DNA from: a virus
Lineage: Duplodnaviria > Heunggongvirae > Uroviricota > Caudoviricetes
Reading direction: 5' to 3' (one strand)
IMG/VR virus record: IMGVR_UViG_3300029720_000461
Length of the DNA: 47,627 nt
Shown: one piece after another, positions 27,780 through 36,794 of the stretch
How positions within the stretch are numbered: position 1 is the first letter of the stretch
How the letters are laid out: each line of letters opens with the position of its first letter
The notes under the pieces: generated by a model
The model's input: the letters and a program-made list of their open reading frames with translations, nothing else
What the model was told of the DNA's origin: nothing
Databases searched by the model: none
Made by a program: the position numbers and the translations under genes

Positions 27780-28220
27780 ATGAAAGAAATGAGTATTGAT
27801 AGAATTATAGAAAAGGAAACTAAGTATTTTAAAGAGGAACAGCATAAATATGACTGTTACATGGATTTATCAGATGAAGGAAAAAGAACATGGAGTGAAG
27901 GCAAACAGGCTAAATATGAAGCTGAATATCACAGACAGATTATTGAAAAACTAAATAAACTTGCAGAATATGAAAGGTTATATGAAGGATTAATGTCTGA
28001 TAAAAATAAACTCCTAGTCGAAGCTGAACTTTCTGATAGTCAGGTAGAAGCATTAAATAATAAAAATATAGATATTTCTGAACCTTTTGCGACTAATGTA
28101 ACACTTGATTATGGAGATAAAGTAATATATTGTGCCGGTAAAGTACAGTCTTTTTATAAAGCTGAAAAAAATCAGGAGAAAAAGAAACCTGAAAGAAATC
28201 AGGAATACGAACGAGAGTAA
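27780..28220 (+). CDS. Hypothetical protein with ER tail
   Basis: RBS; ends KKKPERNQEYERE. Confidence 0.78.
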   Translation: MKEMSIDRIIEKETKYFKEEQHKYDCYMDLSDEGKRTWSEGKQAKYEAEYHRQIIEKLNKLAEYERLYEGLMSDKNKLLVEAELSDSQVEALNNKNIDISEPFATNVTLDYGDKVIYCAGKVQSFYKAEKNQEKKKPERNQEYERE

Positions 28221-28345
28221 TAACAAAAATTACTCAACATTTGAAAGGAGAACGTAGTAGACAGTATTTTATGTAAAAGAAGTAATAAATGCTTATTTTA
28301 CAATACTTTCATACATACGATACAGTCTGCTACTAAAAATAATTT

Positions 28346-28849
28346 ATGGGGTGTCCTGAAATCAGCTATAATAAAATGTGTTATGAGGCTGATAGAAATA
28401 TCAGAAATAAAGAAAAGATAGATGATACTGTGGATATAAGAGAGATTGAAAAGCGGTTAAAAAATGCAGTACATGACGGTATGTTCTATTACAATTGTGG
28501 AATTGCAGTTGCAAATATTATGAATGAAATCATGGACGAAGATAATATTGATGGCTTTAATGCAGCGTTAGGTGGTATGGCATCTTTTGAATCCTTAATA
28601 GGCTTAAGGAACAATAAAGACTTATTTATTAAAACGGAATGTACGGTTGGTGATACTGTATATGTACCATTCAGAGACACAATACAGGAAATGATTATTA
28701 TTGGTATTATATATGACGGTACTATTGTCTATTATAAGTGGAATGTAAAAGACGATAAAGGTATTTACCCTTGGCTTGATGGTTTTCCTGAACATAATCT
28801 TGGAAACACTGTATTTTTAACCAGAGAAGAAGCTGAAAAAAGCAAATAA
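28346..28849 (+). CDS. Phage-type CxVGDTVY family protein (start uncertain)
   Basis: CTVGDTVY..GNTVFLTREEAE. Confidence 0.7.
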   Translation: MGCPEISYNKMCYEADRNIRNKEKIDDTVDIREIEKRLKNAVHDGMFYYNCGIAVANIMNEIMDEDNIDGFNAALGGMASFESLIGLRNNKDLFIKTECTVGDTVYVPFRDTIQEMIIIGIIYDGTIVYYKWNVKDDKGIYPWLDGFPEHNLGNTVFLTREEAEKSK

Positions 28850-28861
28850 AAGGAGGCTTTT

Positions 28862-29029
28862 ATGAAAATAGTTTTTTTAATATTAGCTGCTCTTATGTTT
28901 GGTTATGCTGCATATTTGTTCTTGATTCAATTTAAAATACATGAACCGGAATCAAAATTAACCGTAAAATGCATTATTGCCTTTGCAGTTTCAATACTGT
29001 TATTTATATTTTTTTACTCTAAACTGTAA
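28862..29029 (+). CDS. Small 2-TM protein (55 aa, not in ORF track)
   Basis: AGGAGG RBS. Confidence 0.65.
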   Translation: MKIVFLILAALMFGYAAYLFLIQFKIHEPESKLTVKCIIAFAVSILLFIFFYSKL

Positions 29030-29074
29030 AAAAGGCTTTTTTACAATATATTCAAATAATAAATAATATAAGAT
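29028..29074 (+). promoter_or_regulatory. Long-spacer element promoter, copy 7
   Basis: AAAAAAGGCTTTTTTACA-N23-TAAGAT. Confidence 0.75.
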
Positions 29075-29114
29075 GTAATCATAAAAATAAAAGCATGATT
29101 GCATCTTATTTTTT
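29068..29114 (+). terminator. Hairpin overlapping the -10 box, followed by T run
   Basis: ATAAGATGTAATCAT / ATGATTGCATCTTAT. Confidence 0.6.
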
Positions 29115-29137
29115 ATATCTGAAATAAAGGAGTTAAT

Positions 29138-29575
29138 ATGAAAAACAGATTGTATTTTGATACAGAAGAGTATGACAGATTTTTTAATACAGTTGGATTA
29201 AGAGACAATACACCGGATAAGCAACTTGTAAGGTTTTATAAGTGGTGTTATGATAATGAATTTTTTAAGAATATAACAGATGATGATATATCAGACTACT
29301 ACATATATAATTGCTTGCCTTGTTTAAAAAATAACGGTATATGTATAGGTGTGTATCCTTGGGCTGATGGATTCCTTATAGGAATTGACCAAAGCAAATG
29401 TTATGAAAAACCTAACAGGTGTTCAATACTTATACAGTTCCCAATTACATCCAAGCGTGAAGAGAACAAGCTTTACAGGCTTCTTGATACAATTGTGGAA
29501 GATAAGCAGAGGCAGGCTAGAGACTGGAAGAAAGCAGCTAAAGAGTTATGGAACGGGGATTATGCAAAGTTTTAA
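29138..29575 (+). CDS. Hypothetical protein
   Basis: AAGGAG RBS. Confidence 0.78.
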   Translation: MKNRLYFDTEEYDRFFNTVGLRDNTPDKQLVRFYKWCYDNEFFKNITDDDISDYYIYNCLPCLKNNGICIGVYPWADGFLIGIDQSKCYEKPNRCSILIQFPITSKREENKLYRLLDTIVEDKQRQARDWKKAAKELWNGDYAKF

Positions 29576-29630
29576 ATGCATAGGAAATTGTTAGCTTACT
29601 GGTATAAATAATAAGAAAGGGAAATTAATT

Positions 29631-29951
29631 ATGAGTGATGAATTAAAAGATATTTTAAAAGCATCTGACCGTTATAAGAATTTTACATTATCTGATAAGC
29701 CTGCATGTTTTAAAGACATGTTTAGGGGTAGAGATTTTGATGCAGTACAGTTACATTCTACCCAGATTATTGATATCGGAGATGGTAAAAAAGACATTGT
29801 TGGATTTTGCGGTATCTTTAGATGGACTGATGGTAAGATTTATCCTCTTGATGGAGATATTTATTATGATGATTTCAAAGTAATAGGCTTTGAAGAGTTT
29901 CAAAATATACCAATGGGCGTTAATACCGGCATTGATATATTAGTTTATTGA
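29631..29951 (+). CDS. Hypothetical protein
   Basis: RBS; GFCGIFRW..PLDGD. Confidence 0.75.
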   Translation: MSDELKDILKASDRYKNFTLSDKPACFKDMFRGRDFDAVQLHSTQIIDIGDGKKDIVGFCGIFRWTDGKIYPLDGDIYYDDFKVIGFEEFQNIPMGVNTGIDILVY

Positions 29952-30028
29952 AAAAACAGTTGATATATCAGAATTTATAAGAAAGATTAAAAATAAGCAA
30001 AAATAATTTATAGGAGATACAATCAAGT

Positions 30029-30604
30029 ATGAAAAAAGTGAAAATAAGTAAACATATGAAAACAAAAGCGGAGAAAATATTAGTTATAGGAAGTTGCGGA
30101 AGTGGAATAGAGAGCAGACTATTAAATCACAATCCGAAGCAGATTAACAGATTTGTCATCTATCAGAGCATAGAAGAAATGAAAAGAGCAGAGGATGATT
30201 TCTATAATTATAACTGCATCATAATATTTTCAGCTTTATTAATATCAAAAAAAGATGATATGGATTATTATAAGGATTTTTTGCTTTATAGAGTTGTTTG
30301 TAAAGATAAATTAGCTGCTTATATTCCACTAGGTCTTGGTTTAAATGAGATTATTGTATTTGAAAAAGGCATAGATGGATATTCAGTATATGAAAAAGAA
30401 AAATTAAAGAGCAAATTTTTAAGTCAGGTAGAAGAATCAGTTCAGATTAAAGCTAAAGAAATATCTACCGGAAAAGTTATAGATTTGAACCCTAACATAA
30501 ATGATACCTATTTTGATACACTTATTTGTAATAAGTTTAAGATAGGTGAGCTTGTATTGGTCGAAGGAAAGCTTCCGGATAAATGGAAATGTACAGATAT
30601 TTAG
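30029..30604 (+). CDS. Hypothetical protein with degenerate VirD4-like P-loop
   Basis: KILVIGSCGSGIESRLLNHNPKQ. Confidence 0.7.
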   Translation: MKKVKISKHMKTKAEKILVIGSCGSGIESRLLNHNPKQINRFVIYQSIEEMKRAEDDFYNYNCIIIFSALLISKKDDMDYYKDFLLYRVVCKDKLAAYIPLGLGLNEIIVFEKGIDGYSVYEKEKLKSKFLSQVEESVQIKAKEISTGKVIDLNPNINDTYFDTLICNKFKIGELVLVEGKLPDKWKCTDI

Positions 30605-30616
30605 AAAGGAACTAAT

Positions 30617-30859
30617 ATGCACAAAAATGAATGGATAGAGATATCCCGAATGAATAAAAATAGAAAATTGGAAAGAGTTCAGGTATTATCTTTTGGACAT
30701 TTTTATGTTATTAAGCTGAGTAAAAACTATTTTGCTGTATGTGATATAGATTTTAATAAAGAAATCACATCCGGTACTACCTTAGATAATGCTTCAAAAA
30801 AAGCCAGACTATTACAGACAGGGTATGAAATGGGCTTTGAAGATGCAGGAATGTATTAA
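30617..30859 (+). CDS. Hypothetical protein
   Basis: AAGGA RBS. Confidence 0.7.
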   Translation: MHKNEWIEISRMNKNRKLERVQVLSFGHFYVIKLSKNYFAVCDIDFNKEITSGTTLDNASKKARLLQTGYEMGFEDAGMY

Positions 30860-30886
30860 AAAAGACAAATAGAAAGGAATTTATAT

Positions 30887-31414
30887 ATGAAGAATACAGA
30901 TAGTAGATTTTTATATAAGGCAAAGAGAACAGTCAACAATGAATGGGTACAAGGCTATATTTTTAAAACTGGAGAACGCTATAAAATTCTTCCGACAGAT
31001 TTTATTAGTCCTGCATTATCTGTACAGGAAGATACAATATGCCAGTGTACAGGTATGGAAGATAATAATTATAAGCTGATTTTTACAAATGATATTGTTG
31101 AGTTTCAGCATAGAAAGAATGATAAGAACCCTGACAGATACCTTTTGTGGTGGAATAAGGAAATGAGTGCTATGACAGCAATTGATGCAAATAAGTGTGT
31201 ATATAATGGATATGATTATACAGGCTTAGATGTATATAGTTCCATTCCTCTTATGGTACAAGACCCTTATGGAGATTTTTATGATATCAAAGTAATTGGA
31301 AATATTATCGACAATCCGGAGCTTGTTAAGGTTAAAGAAGATTATTCAAAGTCTTTCTTAACAAAAGATGCGAATAGAAAAACAGATAAGAATGACATTG
31401 ATTTAGAGTTTTAA
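30887..31414 (+). CDS. YopX family protein with tail
   Basis: TICQCTGMED..IFTNDIV..VIGNIIDNPEL; ends KTDKNDIDLEF. Confidence 0.88.
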   Translation: MKNTDSRFLYKAKRTVNNEWVQGYIFKTGERYKILPTDFISPALSVQEDTICQCTGMEDNNYKLIFTNDIVEFQHRKNDKNPDRYLLWWNKEMSAMTAIDANKCVYNGYDYTGLDVYSSIPLMVQDPYGDFYDIKVIGNIIDNPELVKVKEDYSKSFLTKDANRKTDKNDIDLEF

Positions 31415-31429
31415 TGGTGGGTAATGTGA

Positions 31430-31576
31430 ATGAACTTACTATTACATACTTTGTTAGTGATTATTTGTATAAATAATATCATTACTAAAAAGAATAAATT
31501 ATCTAAGATTTTATGGACTTTATCAGGATTATGCTTTTCGATTTGCGTTATATTAGACATCATACAGATGGTTTAG
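31430..31576 (+). CDS. Small hydrophobic protein (48 aa)
   Basis: Two hydrophobic stretches; weak RBS. Confidence 0.4.
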   Translation: MNLLLHTLLVIICINNIITKKNKLSKILWTLSGLCFSICVILDIIQMV

Positions 31577-31639
31577 TATTTTTACATCTATTTTTAATAA
31601 GGAGATTTAACAAAGCTTGAGCAAAGAAAGGAATTACTG

Positions 31640-31921
31640 ATGAAAAGAAAATTTTTAATTATTATATGTGGATTAATATTATGTTTTGGATGCGTAGGAT
31701 GTGCAACAGAAGGAAGCAAAGATTATAATACACATTCTAAACTGATAGCTATAGAAGGAGAAAAGGACTTATATTATTATTCCACAACACATATAGTTTA
31801 TGTAGTCTTTAATGAGTATGCCGGTGATGCCGGATATGGTTATATGTCACCATATTATTCCGAAAATGGTAAGTTATGTACATATGACGCAGAAAAGAAA
31901 ATGATTATTGAAATAGAATAA
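31640..31921 (+). CDS. Putative lipoprotein
   Basis: Signal peptide with CVGC lipobox-like site. Confidence 0.75.
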   Translation: MKRKFLIIICGLILCFGCVGCATEGSKDYNTHSKLIAIEGEKDLYYYSTTHIVYVVFNEYAGDAGYGYMSPYYSENGKLCTYDAEKKMIIEIE

Positions 31922-31944
31922 ATAGTGTACTGTTAGGAGAGATA

Positions 31945-32199
31945 ATGGAAGTGGAGAAAATAACAGAAAATGAGGCGGCTATTGAGGAATTAAGCGACTT
32001 TGCAATTGGTATAAACCAAGAAGTATCAAATATTACTTTAGGCTTGGCAATCAAAGCACTTGAAGAAAATCAGCAGTACCGAACAATCGGTACAGTAGAA
32101 GAATTTCAAGCATTAAAAAATAGGTTTAATGGATATAAAGTGCCTATTATGGATTATGAGGGAGCAGATAAAAAGTGTTTTTACAGGCACAGATGTTGA
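31945..32199 (+). CDS. Phage-type hypothetical protein
   Basis: AIKALEE..QYRTIGTVEEF. Confidence 0.65.
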   Translation: MEVEKITENEAAIEELSDFAIGINQEVSNITLGLAIKALEENQQYRTIGTVEEFQALKNRFNGYKVPIMDYEGADKKCFYRHRC

Positions 32200-32225
32200 G
32201 ATTTTAGTATGTAAGAGGTAATAAT

Positions 32226-32996
32226 ATGGCTATTTATATAACAGGAGACATACATGGAAATCCTGTAAGTTTAGGAGTAAACAGCTTCTATGAGCAGAAG
32301 AAGTTCGATAAGGATAATAAAGATGAAAATATAGTAATAATCTTAGGAGATTTCGGACTTGTATGGAATAAAGATGGCGAAGATATGAATGAAAAATACC
32401 GGCTTGACTGGTTAGAAAGTAAACCTTTTACAACAGTATTTGTAGACGGTAATCACGAGAATTTCAAACGATTATATACATATCCAATAAAGAAATGGCA
32501 TGGTGGGAAAGTACATGAAATAAGACCAAATGTATTACATCTTATGCGTGGAGAAATCTTTAATATTGAAGATTTAAGTTTCTTTGCCTTTGGGGGTGCA
32601 AGCAGCCATGATATACAGGACGGTATCTTAGAATTTAATGGATGGATAGAGAAGGCTAAGGAACTGGATAAGCGTGGCAAATATATGTACCGTGTAAAGG
32701 ATTTGTCATGGTGGAAAGAAGAACTTCCGACAGAAGAAGAAATGCAGCATGGGTTAGAGGCATTGAAAAGGCATGATAATAAGGTTGATTTCCTGCTTAC
32801 TCATAGTCCATCCACATCAGAACTTATATTAATGGGTGGTAAAGGCTTATATGAGCTGGATATATTAACAGACTATCTTGAAAAGATAAAGGCTGTATGT
32901 GATTATGAGAGGCATTTTTTTGGTCATATGCATGTAAACAGAGCCATTAATGAAAAGGACATATGCTTGTATGAACAGATGATAAGAATAAATTAA
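32226..32996 (+). CDS. Calcineurin-like metallophosphoesterase
   Basis: GDIHG, GDFG, GNHE, TH, FGHMH. Confidence 0.92.
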   Translation: MAIYITGDIHGNPVSLGVNSFYEQKKFDKDNKDENIVIILGDFGLVWNKDGEDMNEKYRLDWLESKPFTTVFVDGNHENFKRLYTYPIKKWHGGKVHEIRPNVLHLMRGEIFNIEDLSFFAFGGASSHDIQDGILEFNGWIEKAKELDKRGKYMYRVKDLSWWKEELPTEEEMQHGLEALKRHDNKVDFLLTHSPSTSELILMGGKGLYELDILTDYLEKIKAVCDYERHFFGHMHVNRAINEKDICLYEQMIRIN

Positions 32997-33010
32997 TAAG
33001 GAGATAATAT

Positions 33011-33181
33011 ATGAATGTATATGAATTAATCAAAGAGTTAGAAAAGATACCTAATAAGCAGCAGAAAATATTCATAAGGGGAAGTAACATGATGCTTATT
33101 CCTGTAGAAGCTGTGTGTACGCTGGATGATAACTGTGTTGGCTTACTGGGAGATTTATTTAAGAAGAATAAAAAAGCCTGA
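33011..33181 (+). CDS. Small hypothetical protein (56 aa, not in ORF track)
   Basis: AAGGAG RBS; MNVYELIKELEKIP. Confidence 0.6.
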   Translation: MNVYELIKELEKIPNKQQKIFIRGSNMMLIPVEAVCTLDDNCVGLLGDLFKKNKKA

Positions 33182-33215
33182 TTAATATAAATCATACTTT
33201 TTAAAAAGGTAAAAT
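33170..33215 (+). promoter_or_regulatory. Long-spacer element promoter, degenerate copy 8
   Basis: AAAAAAGCCTGATTAAT-N23-TAAAAT. Confidence 0.5.
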
Positions 33216-33250
33216 GTAATTGTACTAAACGATTGCATTTTATTTTTTTT
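33210..33250 (+). terminator. Hairpin overlapping the -10 box, followed by T run
   Basis: TAAAATGTAATTGT / ACGATTGCATTTTA with two G-U pairs. Confidence 0.6.
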
Positions 33251-33260
33251 GCTTAATATA

Positions 33261-33289
33261 TTGACATGTACCGTAATAAGGTATATAAT
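33261..33289 (+). promoter_or_regulatory. Consensus sigma-A promoter
   Basis: TTGACA-N17-TATAAT. Confidence 0.85.
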
Positions 33290-33336
33290 ATAATCAATGA
33301 ATGAAGTAAGTGTTTAGTTTAAAGGGAAGTGGTTAT

Positions 33337-33720
33337 ATGAAATGTCCAAACTGCAAAAAAGAGATGAAAATAAAAAGAGAAACCGGATTCATACCTGACT
33401 TTAGTGGAACAGCAGATTACGACTTATATTATGATTATAATATATATCGTTGTCCTGATTGTAAGATAAAATATAATGAAGACAGAAAAAATGATAAATT
33501 GGAAATACCTAAAAAACTGCTGCCGACTGAAAAGCAGAAGAATACGATACTCTTTATCAACAACAGATTAGGAGAAGATTTTGAAAGCTTAACAAAGAGA
33601 CAATGTTGGGAAATCATTAATCAAAACTTTGATAAAGCTAAAAATACTCCAAAGCCTTCAAATTATGACTATGACGATATAGATGAATTATATGGAATAT
33701 CAGAAGAATTTTATTATTAG
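33337..33720 (+). CDS. Zinc-ribbon protein
   Basis: MKCPNC..CPDC; PTEKQ motif. Confidence 0.78.
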   Translation: MKCPNCKKEMKIKRETGFIPDFSGTADYDLYYDYNIYRCPDCKIKYNEDRKNDKLEIPKKLLPTEKQKNTILFINNRLGEDFESLTKRQCWEIINQNFDKAKNTPKPSNYDYDDIDELYGISEEFYY

Positions 33721-33730
33721 GAGAAGAAAA

Positions 33731-33895
33731 ATGGCATATCGAAATTATCATATTATTTATGAAGACGAAAATGATATTAAGCGAACATATTTCACGGTTT
33801 CAAAAACAGCACAGGAAGCTGTCAATGAATTAAGAAGACGTAACGAAGAAATCAGGATAATAATAGTCGGGGAAACTAAAAACGACTGGGAATAA
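33731..33895 (+). CDS. Small hypothetical protein
   Basis: AGGAG RBS before ATG 33731. Confidence 0.65.
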   Translation: MAYRNYHIIYEDENDIKRTYFTVSKTAQEAVNELRRRNEEIRIIIVGETKNDWE

Positions 33896-33908
33896 GGGAG
33901 ATAAAAAT

Positions 33909-34298
33909 ATGTCAAGCAGAGTATATGATTTTTCAAATAATTACGATTGTATAACACAAAAGAAATGTCCTAGATGTGGAATAATTTATGACTTAGAACC
34001 TGAATACAAATATGAATATGATAACTGGTATTTAGGTGACTTTGGATGTCATAGTCCAATAGAGCATAAATCTTTAATAGGTTATAAAGATGAGGGCTGT
34101 CCACATTGCAGAGAAAGAAAAAACAGAGCTATAGAAGAATTTGAAAAAAGGTTAAAGAAATGTCCTGCATGTGGTAAAGCTAAAATATGTGAAGATGATG
34201 GAAAATATTGTATACAGTGTAATTGCATTGTAACTAATAAGCAGGTAACAATTGAGTGGATTCCTTCTCTTGTTAGTGCTTGGAATAAAATACATTAA
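33909..34298 (+). CDS. Multi-zinc-ribbon protein, paralog A
   Basis: CPRC, CPHC, LKKCPACG, WN; near-identical blocks with 34711. Confidence 0.8.
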   Translation: MSSRVYDFSNNYDCITQKKCPRCGIIYDLEPEYKYEYDNWYLGDFGCHSPIEHKSLIGYKDEGCPHCRERKNRAIEEFEKRLKKCPACGKAKICEDDGKYCIQCNCIVTNKQVTIEWIPSLVSAWNKIH

Positions 34299-34313
34299 GA
34301 TGAGGTGACAATT

Positions 34314-34685
34314 ATGGATAAATGGATGTATGAAAGAATAACAAAAGAAAACAGTGAAAAGTCTACAGAAGAACTTACACAAGAAATTTTAGCACTTGAA
34401 GAAATCGAATGTAATGACAGATGCTTTGCTAATCAGTGCGAAGCAGGTAATGCTATAGCAAATATTAATAAATTATTTGAAGCACTAAATACTATGGAAA
34501 ACGTACCTAATTCTGTTCGTTTAATAATAGAAAATGCAGAAATCAGTTGGGAATATATTACTTCTGGAATTGCTGAAATGAATAATGATTCAAGACGTGA
34601 AGTTGCATTAAAAGATTTTAAAGAGAGAGTTTATTATGGAAGCTTATATAACCATTGCCGCAACATATCAAACTTAGAACGATAA
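34314..34685 (+). CDS. Hypothetical protein with ER end
   Basis: GAGG RBS; ends RNISNLER. Confidence 0.75.
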   Translation: MDKWMYERITKENSEKSTEELTQEILALEEIECNDRCFANQCEAGNAIANINKLFEALNTMENVPNSVRLIIENAEISWEYITSGIAEMNNDSRREVALKDFKERVYYGSLYNHCRNISNLER

Positions 34686-34710
34686 TTTTCTATAGAAAGG
34701 ATATATTAAT

Positions 34711-35085
34711 ATGCCAAACTTTTCAAATAACTATAATAAAGAAACACAGAAAAAATGTATTGATTGCGGAATAGTATATGATTTAGCACCGGAATATGAA
34801 TATAGCTGGATTGTAGACTATGGAAAGCTTGAACTTAAAAAATATATAAAAAAATATAAGGATGAAGGCTGTCCTTATTGTAAAAAGATAAAAGAAGAAG
34901 AAATCAGAGAATTTGAAAAAAGGTTAAAGAAATGTCCTATATGTGGTAAAGCTAAAATTAAAGTTTATACTACAGATTCTTATAAAAATTGTTATGGCAT
35001 ATCCTGTGATTGTGTAAGTACTAGAGCTAAGTTTACATATGAATGGATACCAAGACTTATAGGCATATGGAATAAATCTCATTAG
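34711..35085 (+). CDS. Multi-zinc-ribbon protein, paralog B
   Basis: Shares EFEKRLKKCPxCGKAKI with 33909. Confidence 0.8.
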   Translation: MPNFSNNYNKETQKKCIDCGIVYDLAPEYEYSWIVDYGKLELKKYIKKYKDEGCPYCKKIKEEEIREFEKRLKKCPICGKAKIKVYTTDSYKNCYGISCDCVSTRAKFTYEWIPRLIGIWNKSH

Positions 35086-35101
35086 AAAAGGAGAATAAAT
35101 T

Positions 35102-35392
35102 ATGTTAGGATATAAAATCTATTTCAATGGAAACAAATTTGTAGCAGATAATACTGCAACAGAGGTTCAGACTGTACCTTGTGATTCAACTGTTTCATGG
35201 ATGGCTAATAAGATATATGCAGATAATGCCGTAGAAAAGCATAATGCAAATGATTTAAAAGATGTCAAAAAATGTAAAGAGTGTGGCGAATACTTTTGGC
35301 AGACAGAAGAAGAAAGAATCTGGTTTACTGATAGGAATATGAAAGCACCATGTAGATGTTATTCATGTAAAAAGAAAAATAAGATAAAGTAG
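35102..35392 (+). CDS. zf-trcl-like zinc-ribbon protein
   Basis: CKECGEYF..EEERIWF..PCRCYSC. Confidence 0.78.
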   Translation: MLGYKIYFNGNKFVADNTATEVQTVPCDSTVSWMANKIYADNAVEKHNANDLKDVKKCKECGEYFWQTEEERIWFTDRNMKAPCRCYSCKKKNKIK

Positions 35393-35427
35393 AAAATACG
35401 TGTTTCCTTTGATTGGAGGTAAGAGAA

Positions 35428-35577
35428 ATGAATAGAATTGATGAAATAATTTATAAAGAGACACAGAAGGCTGCGTATGAAGAACAATGCGAGCAGGAGT
35501 TTATTCATCAGGAACAACCAAACGAAGATTATTTTGAAGGCTTAAATGATTATTTGGATGGAACAATGAGTATTTGA
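35428..35577 (+). CDS. Small acidic protein (49 aa, not in ORF track)
   Basis: GGAGG RBS. Confidence 0.6.
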   Translation: MNRIDEIIYKETQKAAYEEQCEQEFIHQEQPNEDYFEGLNDYLDGTMSI

Positions 35578-35613
35578 AATTCGCATTTACTTTGGAAAGG
35601 ATGGTAGATAAAT

Positions 35614-35796
35614 ATGTATAGTGGTATAGTTGTAAAACCTTATTGGGGTTTTAAAGTTGGAGATAGGATATACTTGAGAGAAACAAATATTACATTCAAA
35701 TGGAGTGCTGATTTATATAAGTCAAAGGACTTATCATCATTTGTTGTCACGGTATGGGATATTGATGAATTTAGAAAGTGTGTAAAATTAGACTGA
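35614..35796 (+). CDS. Small hypothetical protein
   Basis: RBS; GFKVGDRI. Confidence 0.65.
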   Translation: MYSGIVVKPYWGFKVGDRIYLRETNITFKWSADLYKSKDLSSFVVTVWDIDEFRKCVKLD

Positions 35797-35839
35797 CTGA
35801 TGAAAATAGTCATTGGCTTAGAAAGGATGATAGAAAAAT

Positions 35840-35986
35840 ATGTATAGAGTTGAATGGTTAGATATTGATGGAGAACTAAAAGTCATGAGGGGCTTTAAAA
35901 CAAGCGAGGAAGCTCATGAGTGGATTAGAACGCATCATTTTGATATGGATTTTGAAATGCCGATGGTATTCTATGATGGTGAATAA
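35840..35986 (+). CDS. Small hypothetical protein (48 aa, not in ORF track)
   Basis: AAGGA RBS; MYRVEW..GFKTSEEAHEWI. Confidence 0.6.
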   Translation: MYRVEWLDIDGELKVMRGFKTSEEAHEWIRTHHFDMDFEMPMVFYDGE

Positions 35987-36005
35987 TATAGATTGGAGGA
36001 AAGGT

Positions 36006-36185
36006 ATGTTGGATTTGAATAAGATAGTAAACGATGAAATTCAAAAAGCGTACTTAAAAGGAAGAAGAGATGCAGCAAGTGAGTTAAGAGATATATTATC
36101 AAAGAAAAATAACAATAATGCATATGAAATTGATATGCAAATGATTGATAAAATATCTGAAGAGTTAAACCGTGAATGGTCTTGA
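36006..36185 (+). CDS. Small hypothetical protein
   Basis: GGAGG RBS before ATG 36006. Confidence 0.65.
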   Translation: MLDLNKIVNDEIQKAYLKGRRDAASELRDILSKKNNNNAYEIDMQMIDKISEELNREWS

Positions 36186-36335
36186 AACTAAGATTTCTTT
36201 ATGAGATTGGGGGGTAAAAATTAATGGAAAACAAACCTTATGCAATAGCAGTACGGATTTATGATGAACGAATCAAAGATATAAAACCTTTTGAAGAAAT
36301 TAAATAAGTCTTATGATGAAATATGAGGTATAAAG

Positions 36336-36545
36336 ATGATTAAAACTGTTGGAGATTTACGAAAAATTTTAAACAACTTAGATGATGATTATAAACTTGA
36401 TATCAGAATTATGAAAGAAATTCCTGAAGAAGAGCTTGCAGGCAGAAGCTATCCTTATCCGTGGGAGATGATTGATGGATATTTAGAATTTCAGGATATT
36501 GGATATTCTGATAAAGAGCTTTGCATTGGCGTTTATGAAAAATAA
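36336..36545 (+). CDS. Small hypothetical protein
   Basis: TVGDLRKILNNLDDD; GAGG RBS. Confidence 0.72.
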   Translation: MIKTVGDLRKILNNLDDDYKLDIRIMKEIPEEELAGRSYPYPWEMIDGYLEFQDIGYSDKELCIGVYEK

Positions 36546-36606
36546 GGTAAAGGATATAGTAGACATTATAAAAACAGGCGGCTTAAGTTAAAGGGGGTTT
36601 AAAGTT

Positions 36607-36789
36607 ATGAATACTTGGAAAGATAAAATAGAAGAAATTATAGCTAATGGTGGAACTGATTCAGATATAGAAGAATATTTATATAAACATCCAAACTTTA
36701 ATGTAGATGAAGTATGGGCTTATATAGAACAAAAGAACAATAAGAAAGATGATAACTTAAAGAAAGCTATGAACTATTATGAAAGGTAA
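36607..36789 (+). CDS. Small hypothetical protein with ER tail
   Basis: Ends KKAMNYYER. Confidence 0.68.
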   Translation: MNTWKDKIEEIIANGGTDSDIEEYLYKHPNFNVDEVWAYIEQKNNKKDDNLKKAMNYYER

Positions 36790-36794
36790 CTGTT

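Noticed and set aside
29385..29594. Alternative-frame + ORF
   Set aside because: Lies almost entirely within 29138-29575 and has no RBS.
35916..36005. Long N-terminus of the 35916 ORF
   Set aside because: Overlaps a separate gene at 35840-35986; a strong RBS supports ATG 36006.
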